A stretch of DNA of 64,000 nucleotides from a virus, in IMG/VR virus record IMGVR_UViG_3300014613_000018, positions 32,001-96,000 of that record. One strand, 5' to 3'. The translations under genes and the position numbers were made by a program. This document shows positions 10,230 through 22,022 of the stretch, in pieces. Position 1 is the first letter of the stretch. Every line of letters starts with the position of its first letter. Below the pieces are notes generated by a model that had not been told where the DNA came from, did no database searches, and worked only from the letters and a program-made list of their open reading frames with translations.

Positions 10230-10238
10230 AATGCAAAG

Positions 10239-10268
10239 AAAAAGGATAGGTATATATACCTATCCTTT
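10239..10268. terminator. bidirectional intrinsic terminator
   Basis: AAAAGGATAGGTA-TATA-TACCTATCCTTTT between convergent genes. Confidence 0.85.
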
Positions 10269-10287
10269 TAACTACTTCATACTTTTA

Positions 10288-10830
10288 TTATAGGTAAGGT
10301 CTATTCAATATCTCTATAGCTTCCTCAACATTCTTTTCACTCAGTCCAGTTTTACCATTAACATGAACTAATCTATCCATTAAGTGTTCCATATCACTAT
10401 CATCATCTAGGATGACAAAGCTATCAATAGGCTTAGGAGGATAGCTATCTTCTTTTCTAGCTTCAACCAGTTCTTCCCAATCATCTAGCCACTGTTGGAT
10501 TTCTAGTCCTCTAGGTTTCCATAGTTTAGGTGTAGAAGGCAATTCAAAACATATTCTAGCAGGTAAATCAAATCCACCACAGGCATACAGCATTGATTCC
10601 CAAACATAAGGATCTGCACCATTATGTCGCCATGTAGAACTAATTACAATTTCAGTATCAGGAAAAGCATTGTTAATTCTAAGTAATCTTTCAGTTAATT
10701 CCGGTCTAGGACAGAATGCTTCAGCAAAAGTATGGAAGCCTCTCTTATCACCTTTTTCTTTCATTTTAGTGTGGTGTTCTACATCTCCATTATTTAGTAC
10801 ACCATCAATGTCTAGGAAGATTATTTTCAT
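10288..10830 (-). CDS. HAD phosphatase, Swiss-Army-knife RNA-repair type (HAD_SAK_2)
   Basis: IFLDIDGVLN, IVISSTWR, RGLEIQQWL, FVILDDDSDM, GL. Confidence 0.9.
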   Translation of the reverse strand: MKIIFLDIDGVLNNGDVEHHTKMKEKGDKRGFHTFAEAFCPRPELTERLLRINNAFPDTEIVISSTWRHNGADPYVWESMLYACGGFDLPARICFELPSTPKLWKPRGLEIQQWLDDWEELVEARKEDSYPPKPIDSFVILDDDSDMEHLMDRLVHVNGKTGLSEKNVEEAIEILNRPYL

Positions 10831-10993
10831 TTTTAAACCTTTCATCTATTCTACCTTTAGCAATTCCCATTTGATACTCCATATCCAACAGAGCTTGTAG
10901 GCAGCTATTTTTCCATTCCTTACCTTGACTGTCCACAGTAGTAAGCTCATTTACTAATTCTTCATAACTCAAGTCCTTAACTTCTTTTGACAT
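10805..10993 (-). CDS. hypothetical protein
   Basis: Follows GAAAGGAAAATTGAAATG leader. Confidence 0.55.
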   Translation of the reverse strand: MSKEVKDLSYEELVNELTTVDSQGKEWKNSCLQALLDMEYQMGIAKGRIDERFKNENNLPRH

Positions 10994-11034
10994 TTCAATT
11001 TTCCTTTCTATTTAGTTTACAAGACTACCTTACT

Positions 11035-11162
11035 ATTATAACCTTTCAGCTACATATTGTCAACCCTACAGACCAGTAAGATTGGATAATTTAGGTTACT
11101 CTCGTATTGACCTTTCATGGTAAATCCTTACACTTGACAATCACTATTTTGAATTGTATATT
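11035..11162. promoter_or_regulatory. divergent sigma70 promoters
   Basis: - strand TTGACA-17-TATAAT (11063-11035); + strand TTGACA(11134)-17-TATATT. Confidence 0.85.
11082..11114 (+). repeat. direct repeat TTGGATAATT-N14-ATTGACCTT, copy 2
   Basis: See 10197..10229. Confidence 0.7.
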
Positions 11163-11167
11163 CTAGT

Positions 11168-11892
11168 ATGAAAACTTATGTTTGTGTAAATAGCTGGGCT
11201 GGTAGAAGAGAATATTCTTGTAGTATTTTACTGGAGTTAAAGAAGTCCTATAGAATCCAGCTTTTAGAGGAAGGCTTACTAGGAAACAAACACCATTGTA
11301 AAGATGACATTTTTCTAGTACCTAAATGGTCAATTAAATTTAAGGAGTGATATGAATGATTTTTACAATGAAGACTGGAGACAAGAGATACTAGGTGTCT
11401 TTGCCCCTAATGAAAGAGAAAGATTTCTGTTTGAATTAGCAGAAGAGTACCATTATGAAACTGAAAGATTTGACAGAATGATTTGTCAGCATAGTAAAGA
11501 TGGAATTGCTATGCCTATTACAAGTGTAGAATTTAAACTCTGTTCAGATAGAGCTTATGAGATAAAAAAGAACCTATTAGAAAAAGGAAAATTTAGTAAA
11601 CATCAAATTACCCCTAAAGAATTTATGAGAGCAATTAATGAACCTTGTTGGTGTAGAGGAGGAATACAAAAATTAATGGACAGAAAGGATAATGATGAAA
11701 CCATATAAAGAAGTACTACAAGACAATCTTAATGAGGCTAATAATCTCTATGAAGAACGTGAAGAGATTTGGAGACAACTACAAGCAGTGGATTTAAATG
11801 TGAGAGCGGTTTTATCACAATTACTATACACACTACATGATAGAGGAATACTAGATTTTGAAACTATTAAGAATGACATTTTATATTTTTAA
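11168..11892 (+). CDS. three small hypothetical proteins
   Basis: ORFs 11168, 11352, 11692 downstream of the promoter. Confidence 0.55.
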
Positions 11893-11906
11893 GAAGGGAT
11901 AATTAA

Positions 11907-12644
11907 ATGAACTTATTTAATAAGACCTTTCCAAACAAACCTGTTGTAATTGGAATGGTACATCTTTTCGGAGATTACGAAGAAGATATTTTAGAAAGAG
12001 CAAAGAGGGAAATTGATATTTACATCGCCCACGATGTAATTCCACTTGTAGAAAACTACGGCCCTCGCTCTACAGACACCAGTGTTATGCTTGCTCTAAG
12101 TTATCTTAATACTTATTATCCTACCTTTAATTATGGTGTTAACTTTTTAGGTGATTGGAGTGTCAGCAGAAGTCTAGCTAATATCTTTAATGCTACTTTT
12201 ATTCAAATAGACTCAGTAGTAGGGCATCTTCCTTCTATCAAAGAAATATCCTTTTTAGCAGACCTCCATTTAGTTAGAAACAATTATTCTAACTTTGCTG
12301 TTCTTGGAGGTGTAAGATTTAAGTATCAACGTTTATGCTCTAAAAGAACTTTACAAGAAGACCTCACTATTGGTAGTCAATTTACAGATGCTATTGTAGT
12401 TACCGGAGAAGGAACTAATATTGAAACACCCAAAAGCAAAGTTCTTGAGTTTAGAGAAACCTTATCTAGCTTTCCTTTAATTGTAGGTGCAGGAGTCACT
12501 ATCAATAACTTACCTAATTATATCAATCATGCCGAAGGATATATCATAGGTTCCTGGTTCAAAGACTTTCATAAAACAGATGAAGAACTTAATCCTGATT
12601 ATGTTGAATCCTTCATGGAAAAACTAAATGAATTGAAAGGATAA
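11907..12644 (+). CDS. BtpA/SgcQ-family TIM-barrel protein
   Basis: KPVVIGMVHL, VENY, GVN, GGVRFKY, DAIVVTGEGT, PLIVGAGVT, GYIIGSWFK. Confidence 0.85.
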   Translation: MNLFNKTFPNKPVVIGMVHLFGDYEEDILERAKREIDIYIAHDVIPLVENYGPRSTDTSVMLALSYLNTYYPTFNYGVNFLGDWSVSRSLANIFNATFIQIDSVVGHLPSIKEISFLADLHLVRNNYSNFAVLGGVRFKYQRLCSKRTLQEDLTIGSQFTDAIVVTGEGTNIETPKSKVLEFRETLSSFPLIVGAGVTINNLPNYINHAEGYIIGSWFKDFHKTDEELNPDYVESFMEKLNELKG

Positions 12645-12648
12645 CTAA

Positions 12649-13370
12649 ATGTCAGCAAATACTCCTAAAGATATAAGAAAAATAGAACAAGAACAATTCT
12701 ATAATTATGTAGGTAGTAAACCTGTTAATCTATGGAAACAAAGAAAACAACTTCAGTCACAGCTAAAGAAAATTGAAACTACTCTAATAGAACAAGCTCC
12801 TGTTAAAGTCGGAGATGTTCTTTTAGGAGTTAAGCCTCCGCATTCGTCTCAGTATCTATTCGTTGCAGATATTTATCTTAAAGACGGCACTTACTCATTT
12901 GGTTTAATTCAAATTAGTTTAATCAATGAATTTGCAGATGAAAATGTGTCTATTTATACTTCACCTCTTTACTGCGTATGGCATGGCCTTGATTTAGCTT
13001 CTTATGATTCTTATACTAAAATAGGTTACATTAAAAAAGATAAATTTATTCATTACGATATTCCCACTGAATTAGGTAAAATAAGATGACTAAGGATAAA
13101 GAACTTTATAACTTAGAAAGAAGATATGTAGGAAAAGAAGTTTGGTTTTATGCAACAGATGTAATGAGCAAACATAGATTTTCAGATGGTAGTTGCCCCA
13201 AACAAGGCCCTTTTAAGGGTTTCTGTGATGGATTACATACTGCTGAGTATTTTTCTTATGCTGAGAGTAGGACTAAGTTGTGCTTTAATGGGTTTGCTTT
13301 TATTATTCCAGAAGAAAACCTCAATGTAGTACTAAATATTTGTTTGAAAGATGTTTTTATCAGAAAATAA
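12649..13370 (+). CDS. two hypothetical proteins
   Basis: ATGA-coupled ORFs 12649..13089 and 13086..13370. Confidence 0.55.
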
Positions 13371-14341
13371 CACTTACAACGATTTTATAAATTTAAGTTC
13401 ATCATTTACACCATTTCAAATTTCAATTTTCAATTTTTCCATTTGTGTCTATACAGTATCAAACTTGAGATAATTCAACCAAGGGATTCAAAAACTCTAA
13501 AATGAGCTAAGGGTTTTTAACCAATCTCTGTAACTACTTCTAATTTGAAACAATTATTAACCATTATTTGTTTCAACACCTCACTTTTCTTCCAAGTTTA
13601 CTAATTTTTATATCATATATTTTTTTCAGTTTCAATTCTAATTTCAATTATTCAAATTCCACATTTATATTCTTATCCCCTACCCCCATATGTTACACTC
13701 AGGCATCACATACTCATTTGTTATGCTAGAACATGTGTTTTTAACATGTAAGACCAATCTTAAACCTATTATCTAGATTACTATTATAGAAGAGTACTCA
13801 CAACTGTAAAAGGTCAGTATAAGGTTAAATCAATGTACTTGTAATGGTAAGTGTGTAAATAAGCACTCATTAATATTACTTGGTTTACCATTTTCTAAAA
13901 TTATAAAATATAGTATAGATGTCTGTAAGGGCTTGTCCGGCCTGTTTCCTTGCTATTGTCGTTTTATTGCTAACGTAACCATAATAAACTCCCCCTTACA
14001 TACCACATACTAACACAAACAATATAATAAACTGTACTTTAAATAGTGTCATTAAACTAATACCACAGGGCTAATAAATTGCTGTTCAATCTTGAAAGCT
14101 GATTTTCTAAGGTTATTTTATTAGTCAATTGCAATGTATAGTACTCGGGTATTTTAGATATTCACAGGGTATAATTTAGTGTATGTTCAATTGTTCTGTA
14201 ATGATCCGAGAACACAGGAGGATATTTAGTAAAAATTATATACTAGTTTATGGTGAAATATTGGAATAAAATAGTGTTAACCATAATTCCCAGAGTATGC
14301 CGTATATTAACAATTATAAATATATATTAATGTGACACACA

Positions 14342-14369
14342 GCTTTACATAATACACATTATCGGACAC
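14342..14369 (-). other. dif-like XerC/XerD site
   Basis: GTGTCCGATAA-TGTGTA-TTATGTAAAGC, 11-6-11 layout like E. coli dif GGTGCGCATAA-TGTATA-TTATGTTAAAT. Confidence 0.7.
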
Positions 14370-14912
14370 CGTTTCACGAAACTATAAGATACCCCTTAAA
14401 AGCATATAAGCATATGAGTGTATATTCATATAGAAATTTTTAAATATAGGGGTACTTTGCCCTAAATTCTCAAGCTAATAAACTACCATATTACATTATC
14501 TATGGATTATCTCATAATTGTACTATCATAATAATTGACTGTATTATACTACTAGTACAAAAGTGCATATTATAAATTCCTTACAGTCAAGTATAGATTA
14601 CATAATGTCGCGTTTACTTTACATTATGTTGTAAATATGCAACATATAGATATAAGTATACAATGGTTTGCAGTATTGTATATTGAATAGTTTATACTAG
14701 CATGAATAGGTATGGTAGGTTGAAAAATAATGGCTTGTAATAGGTCAAGGATTGAATAACTATATAAGGGTAATAGTAAGTATCCACTAATATAGATAAT
14801 GGCTAGAATTGGCTTAAAATAGGCTTAAATTGGAATATGCTATATACTATACAATAATGATAATAAAAATATAATAGTATAGAAACGTTTCAAGAAACTG
14901 AATGAAGTATAA

Positions 14913-14945
14913 GAAAAAAGGGAATATTGATGATATATTCCCTTT
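14913..14945 (-). terminator. intrinsic terminator closing the early-gene array
   Basis: AAAGGGAATAT/ATATTCCCTTT stem followed by T-run on - strand. Confidence 0.85.
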
Positions 14946-14950
14946 AATGA

Positions 14951-17394
14951 TTAGGTATTGATTAGTTCCATTATTCTATTTACTATATATTTCCTTTCTA
15001 TTTTATAGTTTTCAGTAAACTCATGTTCAATAGTTTGAATATCTATAGTAATAGATTTCAGCATATCACACAGTTCCAATAGTTCCAAGTGATCAATATA
15101 CTCTTTAATGATAGGTTCTAATACTGGGGGTATTCTATCCTGATTCCTATTGAATATTGTATAGATATGTTCCATTATTCTATTTCCTTTCTTACCTGTG
15201 ATTCTAGAGTATCGATTAATAACCTTATGTTTCTTATTCTAGGGATTATAAATTTCCTGTTTTCCTTATATGTAGCACTATTGGAATATTTTTCATTCAA
15301 TAGTTTATCTATATATAAGTATTTTAGCATTAAACTTAATTTATGCAATTGTACTTTTATATATGTATTTTCCATTATTCTATTTCCTTTCTGTTCTGAA
15401 TTAGCTTTCCTCTAGTATGTATTAGTATGCTTGCCTCTATACATATATAGGCAACATAAGCTCCTATCTCATTATTTACAGTATCCTCCGAAAGGTTATG
15501 ATCAATAGCTTTCTGTTCTGTTTTTCCCAGTAGGTCACTGATTATTGTTTCAATAGTCCTTTCTCTATCTATTCTTATCCAATCCTGAATGCTTGTATCC
15601 TCGGTTTTAGATATTGCAATATCTTTAATTATCTTTATTCTAGGGTTCATTATTCTAGTTTCCTTTCTTATTCGTCACCATATGCGGATTCACATATCTT
15701 ATTACAATTATCGCAGTAAAGACTGGTATCCTCCCAATTCACGAAAATATCTATTATTTCCCATTGTGAGTCATTGTCTATGCTGAATGTTGCCTCCATT
15801 ATCAGGTTATAGTTTTCTTTGAAACATTCATAACATAGTACGCCATTATCAGCCATTAATGCAAACATTGGATAGCCTCCGGGCCATGCATATTTATTTG
15901 CATCAAAGTACAGTATCTTGTCAAGTATTGTATTCATTATTCTAGTTTCCTTTCTTATTTCCGATAAGGGAATATCTATACTTTTTTCCACCTAATCTAC
16001 TATTACAACAGTCACAAATTGCAATAGAATATTCATCAATACCCTCTCCTGTTTCACTGTCATAATTGGGTACTATTGCAGTATCCTTATATAGTGTATT
16101 GGAATTATGAAGGTCAATTATTCCCTGTTCAATAGTTTTTAACCTTTCTGTACTTTCAGGTTCATCATAATAGTAATCTAAGAATGTAACGTCACCTGTT
16201 TCCAGTACTAGCATACATTCTTCACATAGTGTCAAGTTATCGTCAATTATCTTCATGATCATTTATCCTTTCGGTTTATGGTTGCCTAATTCTTAACAAT
16301 GGACAGCCCTTTAAACTGTCCATGATTAAAGATTAGATATTAGCTTTGATCCATTCAATTATTTCAGTCTCGGGAATATAGTGGATATTGTGGAGTTTAT
16401 ATAGTCTAGTATAATCACTATAACTTTCCCAGCTTTCCCGACATTCTACTACCACAGGATAGCAAGTATTTTCTATTACTTGTCCTATATAAAAGTTAAT
16501 ATTGCCTGAATGTTCGGGAATATAAATACTTTCCCCTGTTTTCGTGGAAATTAAGCGTGTGAACCTTTCAGAATGCCCATTAGCTTTACTCCAATAGGCA
16601 ACAGACTGAATTACAAATCTTACCTTATTCATTATAGCATGTCCTTTCTAAGCTGAGTATCAATTTCCCTATCTGATAGCACAGGAACATAAGATATTGA
16701 CAATGGTACAGTTAATTCTGATTTCAGCATGTCGTCAATTTGAGGGAGTATTTCAGATACACTATTACCGGGAACCCTGTGAGTACTAACATGCCCTCCG
16801 CCGTGATTAATTATTACCTTATACATGCTAATTATTATCCTTTCTTTACTTTATTGTTATGGTGACTGATTCTATTGAATCAACATGTTCAATGGTTGCG
16901 TCATAGCACCAGCAATTGGGTTCCTGTTTATCCCGTATGATTTCCGTACAAGTATCTTCCGGTTCAACTATCTCATTTTCAATTATCACCCTTGCTGTTT
17001 CGGCGTTATGGTGATCACATTCACCGCACACAATGGATTGACCATTTTCATCAGTTATTTCATATCTGTACATGATCATTTTCCCTTTCTTCATTGTCCA
17101 TTATGTCCAGTTCTGCGAATATTTCCCAGTCAATATCCTCCGGGAAATCTTCATTTATGGTGTCAAGGATCATTGTTCTATTTCCTTTCCTGTTTAGTTT
17201 CTCAAGCCTGAAAACCAGCCATCCATAATAAAGCAACCTAAAGCAACAGATACCATATAGCAGGTCAAGGCAAGAACCCCAGTGCTAAGGGTGATAAACA
17301 GTATCGATGCAAGGATAATCAGGGCGGTAAGGGCGGTAATAATAAGGGCGATATAGTTTTTCATTTCTTTTCTTCCTTTCGAGTTTGCTTTCAT
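14951..17394 (-). CDS. array of ~9 small early genes (hypothetical)
   Basis: Short coupled ORFs joined by repeated AGAAAGGAAA(C)TAGAATAATG; includes KYAWPGGYP protein (likely start 15937) and a 2-TM protein. Confidence 0.65.
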
Positions 17395-17956
17395 TGTGTT
17401 CCCCTTTCACTGGTACAAACCTAATAGGCAAGCTATATAGTGTCAACCCATCTTAAATACTTATATTTCAACAGTTTACAAAATAGCTTAATTTAAGTAG
17501 TCTATTTTTCTTCATTCTTGACCAGATTTAGCGTTATAGTAGTTTATGAAATATTCTTAATTAAACTATATTTTATGTCCTAAAACTATATTGAAATCAT
17601 ATAATAAAACGCCATAATGTTCTGCACACTGGTATATTTTCTATGCAATAAAATGCACTTCAAATTCTATATTTTTCAGGCTTGACAATGGGCTTTTTTA
17701 TGCTATATTCGGGAGTATGTTAGGGAAATTGAAGGATCAGAATGAAGGGCAATTTATTGGAGGATTGAAAATAATCTAAATTTACTGGACACTGAAAAAC
17801 ATACTAAACTATGCGGTTTTTTACTAAATAGTAATATTGTGAATGTTTGCACAATATCTAGTGTTAAGTTAATAGTACTATGAAATTAACAATAGCTAAA
17901 TAAGAATGATTCTTAGATAGGAACGCCTCTTAGGTAGGAATGATTCTTACTGCCTT

Positions 17957-18035
17957 AAAAATCTCGTGACGTGAAGGTTAAAACCACTTAGTCAAAAATC
18001 TCGTGACGTATGAGGATTTTCCTCTTAGTCAAAAA
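17957..18035 (+). repeat. 37-bp tandem unit CGTGACGT-N14-CTTAGTCAAAAA (2 copies)
   Basis: Copies at 17965 and 18002; third at 23907. Confidence 0.85.
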
Positions 18036-21000
18036 TTTCACCATTACGATTTTTACCGTTTTTGATACAATATTCATCATACATTTTATCAATCTTATTA
18101 GCCTCAATATCCTTGAGTATAGCCAGTATAGTATCTCTTTTATACATAAGGTTATTGGCTACTGTAATCCTTTTATCTTCGGGGTATTCAGTAGTATTTT
18201 CAATATCATCAATAGCACTATCTAAAGCTGTGAGTTTAATGTTAAGATAGTGTACCATTGCATTTTTAAGTATGATTTCCATATAAATATCCTTTCAAAA
18301 ATCGAGTTTAATGTTCAGTAGTATAGAAGTTCAAAGTATTCTCAGTTATTGGATTCTGAATAGTAATAGAAGTTAAAATACCCCTTATCTATACCCCTTA
18401 CCCCTATTGGAACATAGCCCCTTTTTAATGATAGCCCCTATTTTAGATAGTAGCCCCTTATTATCTTATTTTTGAAATTTTAATAGGATGTATTCTATAC
18501 TCCTCACCTTTAATAGTCACATGATAGGCAATAACTTTACTATCTTCAACTACTCTACCTGAAATAGTTGCAGTAATTTTTCTCTTATTAGGTAAGTGAA
18601 CCCAAACAAGAGTACCTATATTCATTATTCTTACTCACCCCAATCCGATTGTGAATCTGTTTGTCTAATGTCAGTCAAGATTACAACACGTCTACCATAA
18701 GCATGTACTACTTTATGACAATGGTTGCACTTGAAATTTACAGAATTACTACCATAAGCATCAATATTCCCAGTAACAAAATAAGGTACAAAATCTTCTT
18801 TATTACAGTAGGGGCATTTAATCCTGTCATTCATTTCATTATCCTTTTAATTTAGAGTTTTCCTAACACTTCTATTATAGCACAATTAGAAAGTGTTGTC
18901 AAGTGCTAGTTTTTACATCCATTTATAGCCCTGTGTTAATAGTTCATCTTGTTTCTGTTCAAATTTCTTTTTGTTTGAAAATGTATAGACCCCAAAGAAT
19001 TTACTTCCATCAGGATACTTAGATACTCCATCATGGTAGTTTATAACATACTTTACTTTACCTATGTTATATTGAAGGTGCATTAATTTCTCATTCATTA
19101 TTCTTCCCTCCACACAAGTATTTGTGCATACCTGCTAAATGAGATTGAATTGCCAATATTCCAGCCGTAATGAATAATAGTGGTGTCACCTTCAATTAGC
19201 CCTGTAGTGTTTATTACTTCATTGACACTAAATAGCTGATTGTTTAAGAATATTGAGTCAGTAATTTTAGCATCCTTTGCATCAATTACTTTAAGCATGA
19301 TAATTCCTTTCAATTTAGAGTTTTCCTAACACTTGAATATAGTACATTTAGAAACCATTGTCAATAGCTTGTTTGGCTCCATTTAGTCCTGCTCTTTGAG
19401 TAATACAGGTTCCATCTTTAACAACATCCCAAACTTGTCCAGAGATTCTTTCATAGATTAGGTAGCCTTTATACTCTTTAGGTTTTACATTAGTAATATA
19501 GTATTCAGGCCCATAATTGTTAGTTACTGGATTGTGCCAAGGGTTTTTATAGGTTGCCATTATTAATCCTCCAAATCTGCTATTATATTTTCTCTCCATT
19601 TAATTTGCCAAGATCTGTCACTGTTAAATGGTCTTTTACTCCATACCTCAATGTCTTCTGTAAGCATGGTGACTATTGCTTCTGCTGTTTCACCTTCTAC
19701 ATAATTGTAGTCAGAATTATTATAGTACCAACCATATTCATCATAAAAGGTATCTTCAAAGGTACTATCAATATCCTGTTCTATACAGTTATGGTGCATA
19801 TCCTCGGTAAGTAGAATATCATATAATTCTTCATCATTGTTATGCAGTACCTTGAATATCTTACCAGCTTGTGTAGTATGCTGTGCAAAGTAATATACTC
19901 TCATTTCAATTTCCTTTCTCAGTTACCAAGAATAGGCATCTTTTTCCTTAGTAGTATTATCATGCAACACACTAAAATAATTTTCTTTTAAGGTTTCTAC
20001 TTTTCCAGTGTAATCAGCATGAAGCATTACTCCATTAAAATTTACTACTATTTCACATTTAAGATCAGTAGCTAATCTTATCATTTCAGAACAAGTATCA
20101 GTGATAGTTTCTCCACCAACTGTTTCCATTTTTAGAATTAACATTTCAATTTCCTTTCAATTTAGAGTTTTCCTAACAGTAGTATTATAACACTTAGAAA
20201 TCTAAATGTCAATAGGTCTTACTTCAAAACAGATACCTTCAGGTATAGCAATGAATATCATGTTAGTATCTGTAAAATTCATTACTCTAAATTCTATCTG
20301 AGTAATACCTAACTGATCGTTATGAAATGCTTCCTTAGATAGTATTGTCACTGTAGTAATACTTCCATTGACTACATGAAGTATTTCACTGCCAATTGTA
20401 ACATCATCATAAGTAGTAACTTCTAGTCTTAGTTTCATGTTAGTATCCTTTCAATTTAGGTTAGTAATATACATTCTGCTTTAGTGTAATACAGAATATT
20501 GTTAAGATATAATCCTAGTATTCTATTAGAAGGGTAAGTATCATGTAGTACTCCATAGCGAGTAAATGAAATAGCATGTTCTACTGCTTTGATAGTACCA
20601 ATTCCATCGGGAGTATTTACCTTATCTTCTATTTTCATTTTAGTTTCCTTTCAATCTGGTAAAACATTTGAAGGTACTGTTATTGAATACAGTTCTGCAA
20701 TGAAAACTAATCCAGCTTCCCTATCTACTGCTATTACTCCAGTATCAGCATGTTTAGCACAGTAATTATTAGCATCTTCTTCACTTGTAGCTATGTGAGT
20801 TACTCTAAATATCTTACCCATACTTTTACAGTAAATATGCAGATTGTTTGTTATGTTCATGTTATTCCTCTTCCTCATAAGGTTCAAAGATTGAAGGGTT
20901 AATACCTTTGTAAATATTACCTCTTTCACCTACAGGAGTAACCCAGATAGTATTTTTACATACCTTGTAAATTTCATAAAAGCGAACACAAGGATTGGTT

Positions 21001-21918
21001 TTAGAAGTAACTTTCATTCTTGTCTTACAATCTTCAATCTTCATTTCAGTTTCCTTTCAAAATAGAAATAGCTTTTTCTGCTCTTTCAATGATAGTAAGC
21101 TGAATCTTACTTTTTTCATCATATATTTCAGCATTAGGAGCATATTCTTCTATATAAATCAATTCAGCTTTAGCTTCTGCTATGTAGTCATTAAGTACAG
21201 ATATAGCATGTGCAAACATTGAAGACATTTCAATTTCCTTTCTACTGTGCTAAGTGACAATCTTCATGGTAAAGACCGGCAGGACATATTGCGTTACCTT
21301 CCCAGTATACTATTGTATCAAATCTAGTAAATTCTTCTCCACAATGTATACAGCAAGGGGTTTCTGGGCAAGTGACTGTAATTTCCATTTTTTTCACCTT
21401 TCAAAATAGAGTTTCAATTTCCATGTACATATAATAACTATTTTCTAAATGAATGTCAAGGGGTAAAACAATTTGGTTTTACCCCTTTGTGTAAGTAACT
21501 TCTACCATCTAACAAAGATCACTATATCTTCCTGATAGCCTTTTCTCTTTGCAATTATTCCGCAAGTAGCCTTATTGCGAGTATGCAGATACTTACCTTT
21601 CATTTCAGGGTGGTTTTTACCTGTCATTAAAAAGGCCATATAGGTAACATAGAAATCTTCTTGAGATACTTCACAAAGAATATCTCCTCTTTCAGTAGTA
21701 TTAAGTAGCTCAAGGAAGTTAAGCTTTCTATATGTTCTCTTATCCTTCTGTACTGGCTTTTCAATAGGAGGTTCATATATACCTTTAAGTGTAGTAGAAA
21801 AGCCTGATTCCTGTGCTAATTCTCTTGCCTTACTTCTGGAGATATTAGCTGTAAATATTCCATTAGGACTAAGATAACCAAAGTGGCCTGTAGTATCCTT
21901 GTAAATTCCGGGGTTCAT
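18025..21918 (-). CDS. array of small early genes (hypothetical)
   Basis: ~15 ORFs of 48-138 aa, most preceded by TGAAAGGAAATTGAAATG-like RBS. Confidence 0.65.
21458..21488. terminator. stem-loop
   Basis: AAGGGGTAAAAC/GTTTTACCCCTT. Confidence 0.7.
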
Positions 21919-21980
21919 TTTAGTATCCTTTCAATTTAGAGTTTCATGTACCTATAATAACTAATTCTTACAAGATTGTC

Positions 21981-22010
21981 AAGAGGATAGGTATCTATGC
22001 CTATCCTCTT
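21981..22010. terminator. stem-loop downstream of beta clamp gene
   Basis: AAGAGGATAGG/CCTATCCTCTT. Confidence 0.7.
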
Positions 22011-22022
22011 ATTCCATTTAGT

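Larger units (their letters stand above)
13371..14950. other. 1.6 kb AT-rich non-coding convergence region
   Basis: No ORF >=60 aa; gene blocks converge from both sides. Confidence 0.8.

Noticed and set aside
14595-14635. Second dif-like site
   Set aside because: Only a TTATGT half-site; no correctly spaced partner arm.
17957-18035. Possible mini-CRISPR (37-bp period)
   Set aside because: Only two units, 14-nt variable part is too short for spacers, and no cas genes.
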